The notes: generated by a model not told the origin, from the letters alone. A stretch of DNA of 64,000 bases from Bacteroidia bacterium (GCA_038317095.1 JBBQBB010000006.1:21504-85503), one strand, 5' to 3'. Shown: positions 45,135 to 55,058, counted from the stretch's first letter. Made by a program: numbers and translations.

Positions 45135-47276
45135 TTATTCATTCACCAAATATTTTATTATAAATCCTTCTTGAGATTCAATTTTTATAAAATTCAAACC
45201 GGATGGCACAATTGCATGGAAATTGTTGTTTTTTAATTCACTCAAATTCCATTCTTGGAGTTTTGCACCCAATGGATTTGTAATCGTTATCTTTACGTTG
45301 TGCAAAAGTAATGAAGAAGAAATGTTGAAATTACCTTGGGTTGGATTGGGAGAAATCAGAATAGAATTGTTATTTAATTCCACCACACTGCTGGTGACAT
45401 AGAATATGCAAGTTGAAGTATCTGTGCAGCTATTTTCAGCTACGGAAAGCGCATACAGGCCATCCTTTAATGGTGTATAAGATTTACCCGTTTCGCCAGC
45501 TATGGCAGAATAATTATTGTTGCAATCTAGCCATTGAAAAGTTGCGGTATTGACAGTAGTAGCTGCGCTTAACGTATTCCAAGTTCGTGAGATATTGACG
45601 TTGGCATTGTTAATTGTAACATTTAATGTGTATTGAATACTATCACACCCTTTTTTTGATAGTATAACATCTGTTATTATGCCGCTTGTGCTTACAGTTT
45701 TAGCGCCAGAAGGCACAGTATACATGCGACATTTGGTAATATTTAAATTTTGTTTTGAAGGCGAATTAATGATCAAATTGACTTTAATTGTGCTATCGCA
45801 ACCGTAGTAATTACTTGAGAATAGTGTATCATAATAGGTACCAGAAGTTGTCCAAGTTTTTTTCTTAGTGGGACTTAAATAGGAATTACAAGAAGATGCG
45901 GAAAGTATGGCCGAAGTGGCTCCAGAAATCACTGTGTATTCTATGATACTGTCGCAATTTGCGTAGTTTGGTATTGTATCATAATATACTCCGAATTTGG
46001 TATAAGTAACGTCCTTATCCGTTGGACATACTATAAATCTACACATTCTCAAGGTTACTTTTGCAGTGCTTGATTTTTTAATATCCACGTTGTGAATCAC
46101 AACACTGTCGCACCCTTTTGTGCTTTTAAATAAATATTTGTAAATACCCGAAACAGTAACCGTATTTCCATTTTTTAATTTTACTGAATTGCAACCTGAA
46201 TAACCAAAATTCGTAGTGTCTTTTTTATAAATTGTCACATTGTGCGTTATAACGCTATCGCAGCCAACTGCATTTGGAATTGTAATAGAATATTTTCCTG
46301 AAATTTTATAGTAGCTCTTGCTTGTTGGATTCTGAACAGAGTCGCAACCTTGCAATGAAAATGATGAAGAAGTTGCCTTTAGTATTGTAACCGATATGGT
46401 CATCACCGAATCACAGCCTCTGAAGGAAATAATAGTATCTTGGTATTTACCAGAAACGGTTACACTTTTCTTCTTCGAAGGAAGCAAATATTTTGTACAT
46501 CTTGTAATGGCAAATTTTGAATATGCTATGGTGTCGCAATAGCTTTTCCCAACAACAAAATTTGAAATTGAATCTTGCATAGCAAACTTATAGGCAGTGC
46601 CGTTATTTGCATTGTTCGTTTTATCAGCAATGCTAGAAATGCTGGTATTGTTTGCATAGGCAATTCCATCTTCATATCCATAATTTAACAATAAACCAGT
46701 TTGGTTGCTTGGATATCGTCTTGCCATACCTTCTTTAATTTGCGATTGACTGCGCGCATAATCCCAAATTCGGGTCTCTTCCAAGGTGCCTCCAAAACCA
46801 GTATTAGGATCTGCAATCCATATGTCCGAAGAGGTTGAACCATAGCTTATGGAAAATGTACTGTACGTTGCAGAGTCTGTGGCAGCGCCATCTACATATA
46901 TTTTTAATTTTTTACCGTCAAATGTTGCGGCTACATGGTGCCATTTTTTTGCAGATACTGCTGTTGCTGTAGTTAAGGTAACCGAGGCAGCCCCGTTGTA
47001 AAGGGAAACATAGAAATACTGTGTATTTCCAGTACCTAGTTTATATGCACTGTTCGTGTTTTGATTCCAGATGATTGGCGCACAATCAGCGCATGGAGAT
47101 GAGCTGTAATCCGTCCAAACCCATGTTTCAAGTGAAATTTTGGTTGGCCCATTTAATTTGGTTGTACCGGGAATAAGGATGTAATCGTCAACTCCATCAA
47201 AGTTCAATGCAGTTTTTTGTGAGAAACCATTGTTTGTTAATAATAAGAAAACCAGCGCTATCAATATGTTTTTCAT
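45135..47276 (-). CDS. LamG-domain surface protein with Cys-containing tandem modules and a T9SS type-A C-terminal sorting domain
   Basis: N-terminal LNFDGVDDYILIPG...WHHVAATFDG (LamG/laminin G). Then about 7 modules of about 45 aa, each ending ..GCDS(V/I).. The C-terminal ~80 aa (ILISPNPTQGNFNIS...FIKIESQEGFIIKYLV) is like a Por secretion tail. Confidence 0.75.
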   Translation of the reverse strand: MKNILIALVFLLLTNNGFSQKTALNFDGVDDYILIPGTTKLNGPTKISLETWVWTDYSSSPCADCAPIIWNQNTNSAYKLGTGNTQYFYVSLYNGAASVTLTTATAVSAKKWHHVAATFDGKKLKIYVDGAATDSATYSTFSISYGSTSSDIWIADPNTGFGGTLEETRIWDYARSQSQIKEGMARRYPSNQTGLLLNYGYEDGIAYANNTSISSIADKTNNANNGTAYKFAMQDSISNFVVGKSYCDTIAYSKFAITRCTKYLLPSKKKSVTVSGKYQDTIISFRGCDSVMTISVTILKATSSSFSLQGCDSVQNPTSKSYYKISGKYSITIPNAVGCDSVITHNVTIYKKDTTNFGYSGCNSVKLKNGNTVTVSGIYKYLFKSTKGCDSVVIHNVDIKKSSTAKVTLRMCRFIVCPTDKDVTYTKFGVYYDTIPNYANCDSIIEYTVISGATSAILSASSCNSYLSPTKKKTWTTSGTYYDTLFSSNYYGCDSTIKVNLIINSPSKQNLNITKCRMYTVPSGAKTVSTSGIITDVILSKKGCDSIQYTLNVTINNANVNISRTWNTLSAATTVNTATFQWLDCNNNYSAIAGETGKSYTPLKDGLYALSVAENSCTDTSTCIFYVTSSVVELNNNSILISPNPTQGNFNISSSLLLHNVKITITNPLGAKLQEWNLSELKNNNFHAIVPSGLNFIKIESQEGFIIKYLVNE

Positions 47277-47405
47277 AGTAAAATTGTTACATTTTAAATT
47301 TGGGAATATAGAACAAATGTATAGGTTAGATTTCGAAAATACAACCCTTGGTTCTATAAAATGTAATATGCAATTTTCAATCTAAGGAAAAAGCTAAGGC
47401 ATAAA

Positions 47406-48128
47406 TTAACGCAACTGTAATTTTGACCGGTACATCTGAACCGTATTTTGCAATCCAAAATACAGTGCATCACAAACCAAGGCATGTCCAATGGATACTT
47501 CTAATAAACTTGGAATGTGGTTTGCAAAATACTGCAAGTTTTCTAAGTCCAAATCATGCCCTGCGTTTATGCCAAGTCCCATTTGCTTCGCCAATTTGGC
47601 CGTCTGAATGTACGGCAATATTGCTTTTTTAGCGTCGGATTTAAACCCAGTGGCATAATTTTCGGTGTACAATTCTATGCGGTCTGTCCCGCATCGTTTT
47701 GCATGCTCAACAAGCGAAGGATTTGGGTCAAGAAAGGTACTCACACGGATGTTTTTGGCATGCAATCGAGCCACAATTTCACTCAGAAAAACCTGGTGTT
47801 TTTTCACATCCCAGCCTGTGTTTGAGGTAAGAACTCCAGGGGGGTCTGGTACCAATGTTACTTGTGTAGGTTGGATTTTTTCAACCAATTGCAAGAAATT
47901 TGTATCCGGATAGCCTTCAATGTTGAATTCTGTGGTTACAATTTCTTGCAATTCAAAAACATCTTGATATCGAATATGTCTTTCATCGGGTCTGGGATGC
48001 ACTGTGATGCCTTCAGCTCCAAAACTTTGAGAATCTTTTGCCACTTCACAGATATTGGGGTTATTACCTCCACGTGCATTGCGCAGCGTTGCAAATTTGT
48101 TGATGTTTACGGATAGTTTTGGATTCAT
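47406..48128 (-). CDS. pdxJ: pyridoxine 5'-phosphate synthase
   Basis: LSVNINKFATLRNARGG, VHPRPDERHI, EVSIGHALV. 240 aa. Confidence 0.95.
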   Translation of the reverse strand: MNPKLSVNINKFATLRNARGGNNPNICEVAKDSQSFGAEGITVHPRPDERHIRYQDVFELQEIVTTEFNIEGYPDTNFLQLVEKIQPTQVTLVPDPPGVLTSNTGWDVKKHQVFLSEIVARLHAKNIRVSTFLDPNPSLVEHAKRCGTDRIELYTENYATGFKSDAKKAILPYIQTAKLAKQMGLGINAGHDLDLENLQYFANHIPSLLEVSIGHALVCDALYFGLQNTVQMYRSKLQLR

Positions 48129-50137
48129 TCTTGATAAATTAACTGCACAAAAATACTTTGTTTGGTTTGGAATGCTATCTCGGCAGGCGATTTACTGTTT
48201 TGCAAGGCATACCGAATGCCAGTTTTCCAGTGTTTGTTTATTTTTTGGCGGAGTAAAATATACAGAGATTGGCCTTTTCCATAAAAAGCCATGGTTCCGA
48301 AATCATACATTAATTGGCTTTCGAAAGCGAAAATCCTAGCATAATACCAAGGCACGTCAAATAGATTATACCGGGCAGAAATTTGGCTGCGGGTTTTGGG
48401 AATAATTGTGGCAAATTGAAAAAAAGCTAAATTAGCTAAATAATTTTGATTCCCAAAATGTGCTTTATTGCTTTCCCCGCGCATTTGAAATTCGGCATTT
48501 TTATTAATGGGAACTTCAAAATGGATTCTAACTGTTTGAATTTGGTTGGTTGTTATCGTTTTATAGGGTTGCTGAACATCTGCACTAGCCGGTTTGTTTT
48601 GTGATCTAAATCGAATATAAAAATGCGATTTCTTTACTGGTGAATACTCTAACTGCCAAAGCATATCGGTGCCCCTCCCTATGCCATAAATTCTGTAGCC
48701 GAGCCATGGATTTACCCAAAAATCTGTGTAATGGTTTAAAACCAATTTGCGGGAAAACTTCCATTGAACCCCTGTGTATAATCCCTTCTCATTTTGATTG
48801 CTATTGCCAAATGCAGTATTGTATCTGCTTACAAAGCCAGGGGCATAATTTCTGTACAAAATAGATAAATCTATATTTTTTCCCAATGCAGTTAATATCC
48901 CTGCTACCATTCCAGTAGTGCGGTTTGTGGAACACCAAACCCATTCACTGAAAGCATGTATTCGCCCGATGGTATGCGACTGATAAAAGTTTAGAAAGTT
49001 CAAATTGTTTCCACTGGGATAATAGAATTTATAAAGGTCTTTACTTGCTTGCAAACTTTTTTCGGTGTGGGTATAATTGCCGCCAATTCCCCAATGCCCA
49101 CTTTTGTTTCGTCTACCAATCCATCCGCCAGCCATGGTTTGCAAATTGTTGTGCTTGTTAGCAATTTCTTTCTGTGTCCTATGGTAGCCATCCAAATCCA
49201 CAGACGAAAAATATATTTCTCCAAAACCGTTCGTATCAGTAAGGGTTACATCGGTTTTGTTTTTAGAAACGGCGAACAATACATCCCATTTTTTAAATTG
49301 AATTTGTGTAGCAATGCCACGCTGAAAAAAATATTCATTTACCCCACGATATGGTTTTAATTCTGGTGCAGTTCTTTTAATATTAAGCACCATGGCACTT
49401 TTTCCCATGCCAATGCCGCTGCCCATTAGAAGGCCTTGGCCTACTGACAACAAATAATCGCCTAGTATAATGTGTTTAATTTTCCCTATGTTATAAAATG
49501 CGGCATGACCCGTAAAAAAATCAGGGCCTTTGTTCCAATATTTTTCGCCTGCATCCTTATCCGCACTAATTCCAAAGCTGTAAAAGCCCGGTTTCGAATA
49601 ACGCATTCTTATGTTTTGGGATAGCATATTTCCAATATATGCGGGGTTTTTATCATTGGGGTATTTTTGTTTGATAGTTGTTATCCATTCTGCATCTCCT
49701 CGGGATAGATTTTTAACTAAATCTCGCCATTGGGTTTTCGGCTCAATGTCAATACTTACAAAAGGTTGAATGGCATTGATTTGATCTGGGGAAAATCCTA
49801 ATACTTGCAATTCGGCCAAGTGTAAAAAGTTGCCATATTTGCGTCTATGTATTTCTATCAGAAGCGCCTGGTTTGGAAGTATTAATGGAAAACGCAACAA
49901 TTGGTCTAACGTGGCAGTATTTAGGTTAATGGGTTTTTCTAAAAAGCCTGAAAGATCGTCCAATATTTGGGTGTAGTCGGCTGTCGTTTCCGCAGTTTCT
50001 AAATATTTTTCAATATAAGTTTTAATTTGTGAATTGATTTGGGAATGGGCAGGAATACATGTTAAAAACATGACAACCCATGCAACAAAACAGAGCCTTT
50101 TGGCAGCTAGTATTTTTATTGTTTTAGCCAAATACAT
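48125..50137 (-). CDS. helix-hairpin-helix domain-containing outer-membrane-type protein
   Basis: Signal peptide. Two HhH-like segments (INLNTATLDQLLRFPLI, LHLAELQVLGFSPDQI). The long C-terminal region has alternating aromatic/polar beta-strand character. Confidence 0.55.
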   Translation of the reverse strand: MYLAKTIKILAAKRLCFVAWVVMFLTCIPAHSQINSQIKTYIEKYLETAETTADYTQILDDLSGFLEKPINLNTATLDQLLRFPLILPNQALLIEIHRRKYGNFLHLAELQVLGFSPDQINAIQPFVSIDIEPKTQWRDLVKNLSRGDAEWITTIKQKYPNDKNPAYIGNMLSQNIRMRYSKPGFYSFGISADKDAGEKYWNKGPDFFTGHAAFYNIGKIKHIILGDYLLSVGQGLLMGSGIGMGKSAMVLNIKRTAPELKPYRGVNEYFFQRGIATQIQFKKWDVLFAVSKNKTDVTLTDTNGFGEIYFSSVDLDGYHRTQKEIANKHNNLQTMAGGWIGRRNKSGHWGIGGNYTHTEKSLQASKDLYKFYYPSGNNLNFLNFYQSHTIGRIHAFSEWVWCSTNRTTGMVAGILTALGKNIDLSILYRNYAPGFVSRYNTAFGNSNQNEKGLYTGVQWKFSRKLVLNHYTDFWVNPWLGYRIYGIGRGTDMLWQLEYSPVKKSHFYIRFRSQNKPASADVQQPYKTITTNQIQTVRIHFEVPINKNAEFQMRGESNKAHFGNQNYLANLAFFQFATIIPKTRSQISARYNLFDVPWYYARIFAFESQLMYDFGTMAFYGKGQSLYILLRQKINKHWKTGIRYALQNSKSPAEIAFQTKQSIFVQLIYQE

Positions 50138-50898
50138 GTAAAAGACGGCGTAAATCCTAGGTATAAATGATAGGAACTGGCAAATGCAAATCGCATGTTA
50201 GAACGGTCGTAAACAATGCCTATAGATATGGGTTCCATACCAGTTTGCAAGGCGGCCATAATACCCGGGTTGGTAGCAGTGTACTTAAGTGCCAAGCCAT
50301 ACACAGCAGGCATACCGCTTTCATTGTGATATTGAGCCCACAGTTTGGTTTGGGCATTTACTTTATATCCAGCGCTGAAATGCAGTTGAGGAGATGCTGC
50401 TAAACTTTGGTTTACTGATAACCAAGGATTTACCAGAACCACACCCAAATCAATATTTGTATTAATTTGAATGTTTGCCCCTAATTTACCTGTAATTTTT
50501 GCTGTATTTCCATAATCTAAACCTTGAGTAAATTTAGTAAAACCCAATGCTACTCCCAAAGAAAATTTTTCGGTAATTCTTTGTCCAATGTTAAGCTCAG
50601 CTGCAAACCGATTGGATTTTGTTGTGCCAAAATAACCCGAATTCAAACCCAAACCTGTATTTTTTAGAATCAAATTGGCGGCAATTCCTCCATGAATTAT
50701 GGGTGTTCCTGTAAATTTATTGGATCCCCAAAAGCCAAAGGATTGTTTTACAGGTGCAAGAACTGCAGGATTGTTTGCCAAGCAAAAAACTGCGGAAGAA
50801 TTGGCCAGGTTTTTTCCAAGTGCAATGTATTCTGCACCTGCCTGTCCTTTTACCATTCCAGCTGCCACAAGCAACGGTATTATAAGGCTAAATTTCAA
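50116..50898 (-). CDS. hypothetical outer-membrane beta-barrel protein
   Basis: Signal peptide MKFSLIIPLLVAAGMVKGQ. Gly/Asn-rich alternating strands. Overlaps the downstream gene by 22 bp. Confidence 0.5.
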   Translation of the reverse strand: MKFSLIIPLLVAAGMVKGQAGAEYIALGKNLANSSAVFCLANNPAVLAPVKQSFGFWGSNKFTGTPIIHGGIAANLILKNTGLGLNSGYFGTTKSNRFAAELNIGQRITEKFSLGVALGFTKFTQGLDYGNTAKITGKLGANIQINTNIDLGVVLVNPWLSVNQSLAASPQLHFSAGYKVNAQTKLWAQYHNESGMPAVYGLALKYTATNPGIMAALQTGMEPISIGIVYDRSNMRFAFASSYHLYLGFTPSFTCIWLKQ

Positions 50899-51236
50899 TC
50901 TATACTATTTTTAAAATGAATTAACATTTCTCGCATGTTTCTTAATTTTTTCACCAATTCATATTTTGGATCTTCGGCCACATTGTCTTTTTTTATTTTT
51001 TTGGTAGCCAATGAAATTTTAATGCCCTTTTCATGGGTTAAATATTTAATTTCTTTTAATATTTCTATATCTTTTAAAGAATAAATACGGTCTCCCTTTT
51101 TATTCTTCATGGGTTTTATTTGTTTAAATTCTTTTTCCCAAAAACGCAATGTACTTGCCGGAACTTCAAGCATTTTACTTGCATCCCCAATTTTAAAAAA
51201 TTTGCGAACTGGTGGTTTAATTTCTTCGTTTTCCAT
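50895..51236 (-). CDS. MerR-family helix-turn-helix transcriptional regulator (small)
   Basis: FKIGDASKMLEVPASTLRFWEKEF..KGDRIYSLKDIEILKEIKYL is a MerR-type wHTH. 113 aa. Overlaps both neighbours by 1-4 bp. Confidence 0.75.
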   Translation of the reverse strand: MENEEIKPPVRKFFKIGDASKMLEVPASTLRFWEKEFKQIKPMKNKKGDRIYSLKDIEILKEIKYLTHEKGIKISLATKKIKKDNVAEDPKYELVKKLRNMREMLIHFKNSID

Positions 51237-52195
51237 TAGTCAAATCGTTTGGTTTCACGTTTGCTCATTTCTAGCATTCTACGGTATTGTTCATCGCTTA
51301 AATCGTTATGGTAAAAGAAAGCAGGATTTAAAGGATTGTTGTTTTTGCGCACTTCATAATGCAAGTGAGGTCCTGTGCTGCGACCCGTGCTACCGACATT
51401 GCCAATCAATTCTCCACGTTTTACTTTTTGGCCAGGTCTAACGGCGATTCTACTTAAATGACCATAAAGAGTTGAATATCCGAATCCATGGCTAATGATA
51501 ATGTGATTTCCGTAGCCCCAACCGTCATTCATGCTGTTAACTACCACACCGTCGCCAGTGGCATATACGGGTGTGCCAATGTCCGCAGTAAAGTCCATGC
51601 CTTGGTGAAAGCTAGCTGTGTGGTAAAATGGATCCATACGGTAGCCAAATCCACTGGCAAGTCTGGTTAAATCTCTGTTTGCTATAGGTTGTATTGCTGG
51701 AATGCTATTGATTACTTCTTCTTTGGTGCGAATTAGTTTTTTCAAGGTTTCATAGCTGCCTTCTTGTGCCTTGGCATCCACAACTAAGTGATCAAGTTTT
51801 TGCCGAATTCGCTGTATCAATTTGCCTTCGGGCAAGTTCCGCAATTCTGCATAATCTGCGCCTCTGTAATCTACCGGTTTTGGAGGATCTGCATCATACA
51901 TGGCCCTATAAATTTTCAAATCACGGTCCTTCAGCGATGTCAGTTGGGCATCCATTTCATTAATTTGCCGATCGATATTGGAAATTTCTCTTTTTAAATT
52001 TCGGTTGTCATCTATTAACAAACGTTCACGGGGAGAGGCAAATACCCTGCTGAAAATAAAAGCAATCAAAATCCCCAAAAGCAATACCATACTCGTAAAT
52101 CCCAATACTCGCCAAGTAATATACCGAATATTATCCCTTACTCTTTCAAATTCAAGGCTTTTGGGATTAAAGAAATATTTGGTCTTACGCGCCAT
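51236..52195 (-). CDS. M23 family metallopeptidase (LytM-type)
   Basis: HQGMDFTADIGTPVYATGDG, GYGNHIIISHGFGYSTLYGHLS, GSTGRSTGPHLHYEV. N-terminal TM plus coiled coil. I chose the start at MARKTKY (52195). Confidence 0.9.
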   Translation of the reverse strand: MARKTKYFFNPKSLEFERVRDNIRYITWRVLGFTSMVLLLGILIAFIFSRVFASPRERLLIDDNRNLKREISNIDRQINEMDAQLTSLKDRDLKIYRAMYDADPPKPVDYRGADYAELRNLPEGKLIQRIRQKLDHLVVDAKAQEGSYETLKKLIRTKEEVINSIPAIQPIANRDLTRLASGFGYRMDPFYHTASFHQGMDFTADIGTPVYATGDGVVVNSMNDGWGYGNHIIISHGFGYSTLYGHLSRIAVRPGQKVKRGELIGNVGSTGRSTGPHLHYEVRKNNNPLNPAFFYHNDLSDEQYRRMLEMSKRETKRFD

Positions 52196-52310
52196 AGGGT
52201 GGAATTGCAATAATAGCAAATTTTACCCGTTTACCTACAATCGAAACCCTATTTTTCTGCACTAAATTCAGGATGGAATCGAAAAAATATTTAAATTGTG
52301 TTTTGGCTGT

Positions 52311-52490
52311 TTATCCTCTAAAGTTCAATATATACCCTTCCCCATGTACATTCAATATGTCAATGTCTGGTTCGCTTTTTAGTAAATTTTGAAGCTTGGT
52401 TATATAGACATTTATGCTTCTTCCTTTGTAAATATCATTATCACCCCAAATCAATTTTAAAGTTTCGTCTCTATAAAATTTAACCCTCTT
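52311..52490 (-). pseudogene. C-terminal fragment of an OmpR/PhoB-type response regulator (winged-helix only)
   Basis: Not in the ORF track (no start codon). The minus strand reads KRVKFYRDETLKLIWGDNDIYKGRSINVYITKLQNLLKSEPDIDILNVHGEGYILNFRG*, preceded by an in-frame TAA. No receiver domain is present. Confidence 0.65.
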
Positions 52491-52581
52491 TTAGAATAAC
52501 AAAGACCAAATATATAATTAATTATTGCATCCAAAGCTTTAATTATTTTGGCAAGTTTAACATTTTAGTTTTTTTCAATAG

Positions 52582-53103
52582 TCAATCCAAATCTAAATAA
52601 GCCCTAGCCTTTTTTACATATTCATTCACATTGTCCTGAATCTGCTTTTCCACCTCCGGCCCCAGATTTTTCATCACTTTTGCCGGTACCCCAAGAACCA
52701 TTGAATATGGTGGAATTTTCATGCCCGCAGGTATCAAGGCATTCGCCCCAATGATGCTGTATTCCCCAATTTCCGCATTGTTGAGCACAGTGGCGTGCAT
52801 GCCTACCAAAACATGGTGGGCCAATTTTGCCCCATGCACAATGGCGGCATGTCCAACCACACAGTCGGTTCCAATGATACAAGGGTCGCCTGGATCGGCG
52901 TGCAAAACGGCATTGTCCTGCACATTGGTTCTATCGCCGACTGTAATTTGGTCGCTATCACCGCGCAACACAGCTCCAAACCAAATTGAAACCTCATCCC
53001 CCAAGTTTACCATGCCGATTGTTGTTGCATTGGGCGCAATAAATACCGATTTACCCTGCTTAATGGGTGTTTTTAATGTTTGTACCAAAGTTTTATGCTC
53101 CAT
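52582..53103 (-). CDS. gamma-class carbonic anhydrase family protein (left-handed beta-helix)
   Basis: IWFGAVLRGD..ITVGDRTNVQDNAVLH...VGHAAIVHGA shows the hexapeptide repeats with the His triad pattern. Confidence 0.9.
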   Translation of the reverse strand: MEHKTLVQTLKTPIKQGKSVFIAPNATTIGMVNLGDEVSIWFGAVLRGDSDQITVGDRTNVQDNAVLHADPGDPCIIGTDCVVGHAAIVHGAKLAHHVLVGMHATVLNNAEIGEYSIIGANALIPAGMKIPPYSMVLGVPAKVMKNLGPEVEKQIQDNVNEYVKKARAYLDLD

Positions 53104-53133
53104 TCCGCGTCAAAAATGCTTTTTTTGCAGTGT

Positions 53134-54363
53134 ATGCGCAAGCTATTTTTTAACATTCGTAAAATTTGGGGCACCGAAAATCTTCCGGCAACCAGGCTGG
53201 TAGGTGCAGAAATGGCCAATGTGGGCTCCATTGAAGATGCTTGGCTATTGGTTGTGGATGGGTTGATTGCTGCTTATGGCAATGGAGAAATGCCCGATGA
53301 GGATGAAAAAATAGATTTGGCAGGACACGAATTATTGCCCGGATTTGTGGATAGCCACACCCATGCCGTATTTGCTTCAGAAAGAGATGCCGAATTTATT
53401 ATGCGCATCAAAGGCGCAGGGTATGAAGAAATTGCCGCTGCAGGTGGAGGAATCCTCAATTCTGCCCGTCGGTTAAGGGCTATGGATTTTGATAGCTTGT
53501 ATGCCAAAGCAGAAGAAAATGTGAGAAAAATCATTTCACATGGCACCACGACCATCGAAATAAAGAGTGGTTATGGACTGGATTTGGATTCTGAATTGAA
53601 AATGCTGCGGGTCATTCAAAAATTGAAAGAGAATTTGCCCGTTACCATCAAATCCACTTTTTTGGCAGCCCATGCCGTTCCACCAGAGTTCAAAGACAAC
53701 CGCGAAGGATATGTAAACCATATTGTTGAAGTGATGCTGCCGATTGTTGCCGCAGAAGGACTTGCCGACCATATGGATGTTTTTTGTGACAGGGGTTTTT
53801 TTACAACCATAGACACAGAAAAATTATTGACGGCTGCTTCAAAATTCGGGTTGCCAGGAAAAATACATGCCAATGAATTGGGACTAACAGGCGGTGTGCA
53901 AGTGGCCACCAAAATGAATGCCTGGAGTGCAGACCATTTGGAACATTGCGAATCGGACGAAATTAATGCGTTACTGCATTCTGCTACCATGCCGGTAGGA
54001 CTGCCAGGAACCTCTTATTTTTTAGGAATTCCATATACCCCTGTTCGCAAAATGATAGATGCAGGATTGCCCGTTTGTTTGGCCTCAGATTTCAACCCCG
54101 GTAGTAGCCCGTTGGCCAATATGCAAATGGTATGGAGTTTGGGTTGCAGCCAAATGAAATTGCTACCCGAAGAAGCTTTCAACGCTATTACAATAAATGC
54201 ATCTAGGGCATTACACCTAGAGCAGCAGTGCGGCAGTATTTGCGTAGGCAAACGTGCAGATTTCTGGACCACTACATTGCACAACGCCATGCACACCGTA
54301 CCCTATTACTTTGGACAAAACCATGCGAGTAGTGTTTGGGTGAGGGGTGAGAAATGGGAGTGA
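53134..54363 (+). CDS. hutI: imidazolonepropionase
   Basis: PGFVDSHTHAVFA, EIKSGYGLD, HANELG and ASDFNPGSS are amidohydrolase HutI motifs. I chose the ATG at 53134 (alternative 53116) to avoid overlap with the convergently read upstream gene. Confidence 0.9.
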   Translation: MRKLFFNIRKIWGTENLPATRLVGAEMANVGSIEDAWLLVVDGLIAAYGNGEMPDEDEKIDLAGHELLPGFVDSHTHAVFASERDAEFIMRIKGAGYEEIAAAGGGILNSARRLRAMDFDSLYAKAEENVRKIISHGTTTIEIKSGYGLDLDSELKMLRVIQKLKENLPVTIKSTFLAAHAVPPEFKDNREGYVNHIVEVMLPIVAAEGLADHMDVFCDRGFFTTIDTEKLLTAASKFGLPGKIHANELGLTGGVQVATKMNAWSADHLEHCESDEINALLHSATMPVGLPGTSYFLGIPYTPVRKMIDAGLPVCLASDFNPGSSPLANMQMVWSLGCSQMKLLPEEAFNAITINASRALHLEQQCGSICVGKRADFWTTTLHNAMHTVPYYFGQNHASSVWVRGEKWE

Positions 54364-55058
54364 CGCTTGAATCAAATAAATATGACAATTCTTTGTTAGG
54401 TTTTTCGGAATATTATGTTTTAAATTCTATTTTGTTACAGATTTTGAATAGTTAAAAGCAAATGGAATAATAAAATTTATCGTTGCTCTTACAATGCCTT
54501 GGGCAACGTAAATGCAAACAAATTGAAGGAGTATTTACTTTTATTTGGATCAGTATTTTCTCATTGAATATATTCTCACAATCTAAGAAATTCGATCAAT
54601 CCTATTGTAAGTATTTCATTGGGTTGGAAACAGGTATTCCTCAAATATTTTCGTTTGTTAAATTGTTTGAGCACCTTAATTAGAAAGTTTACCATTTTCT
54701 CTCCCAGTTGATCCGATGGGTAGGTTATTTAACCAACGTTGCGTGCAAAATAAAAATGCATTTCTGAGGAGTCCGATTGCTATTGACCACTTGGTGTGCC
54801 AATGGATGGTCTCAGTTTGTTTTACTCATTACCAGTTATACCATGCAAACAAAAGACCAACCGTGTGATCTGCGAGTGAATTGGAAATAGGTTTGAATTT
54901 AAAGGTTTCTTCCGAAGCTTAGACATTCGCGTTTGCAATTGGCCAAAAGCCAAATCTGCATTTCTGTCAGTTTTATTTGTTGGAACATCTTTTGTATTTT
55001 TGCAACTTTAAACAATATACCTTTCCCCCAAAACCCCACCCCTTAAACCTTAAAAAAA

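Noticed and set aside
52721-53203. 160-aa plus-strand ORF, plus several 60-90-aa ORFs over 52.6-53.0 kb
   Set aside because: They are antisense or off-frame shadows of the gamma-carbonic-anhydrase hexapeptide-repeat gene, which keeps several frames open.
54760-54790. ctGAGGAGTCCGattgc, resembling the GAGGAAAGUCC core of RNase P RNA
   Set aside because: The AA of the universally conserved motif is missing. I could find none of the other conserved RNase P blocks (for example the ACAGAA-type 3' region) nearby.
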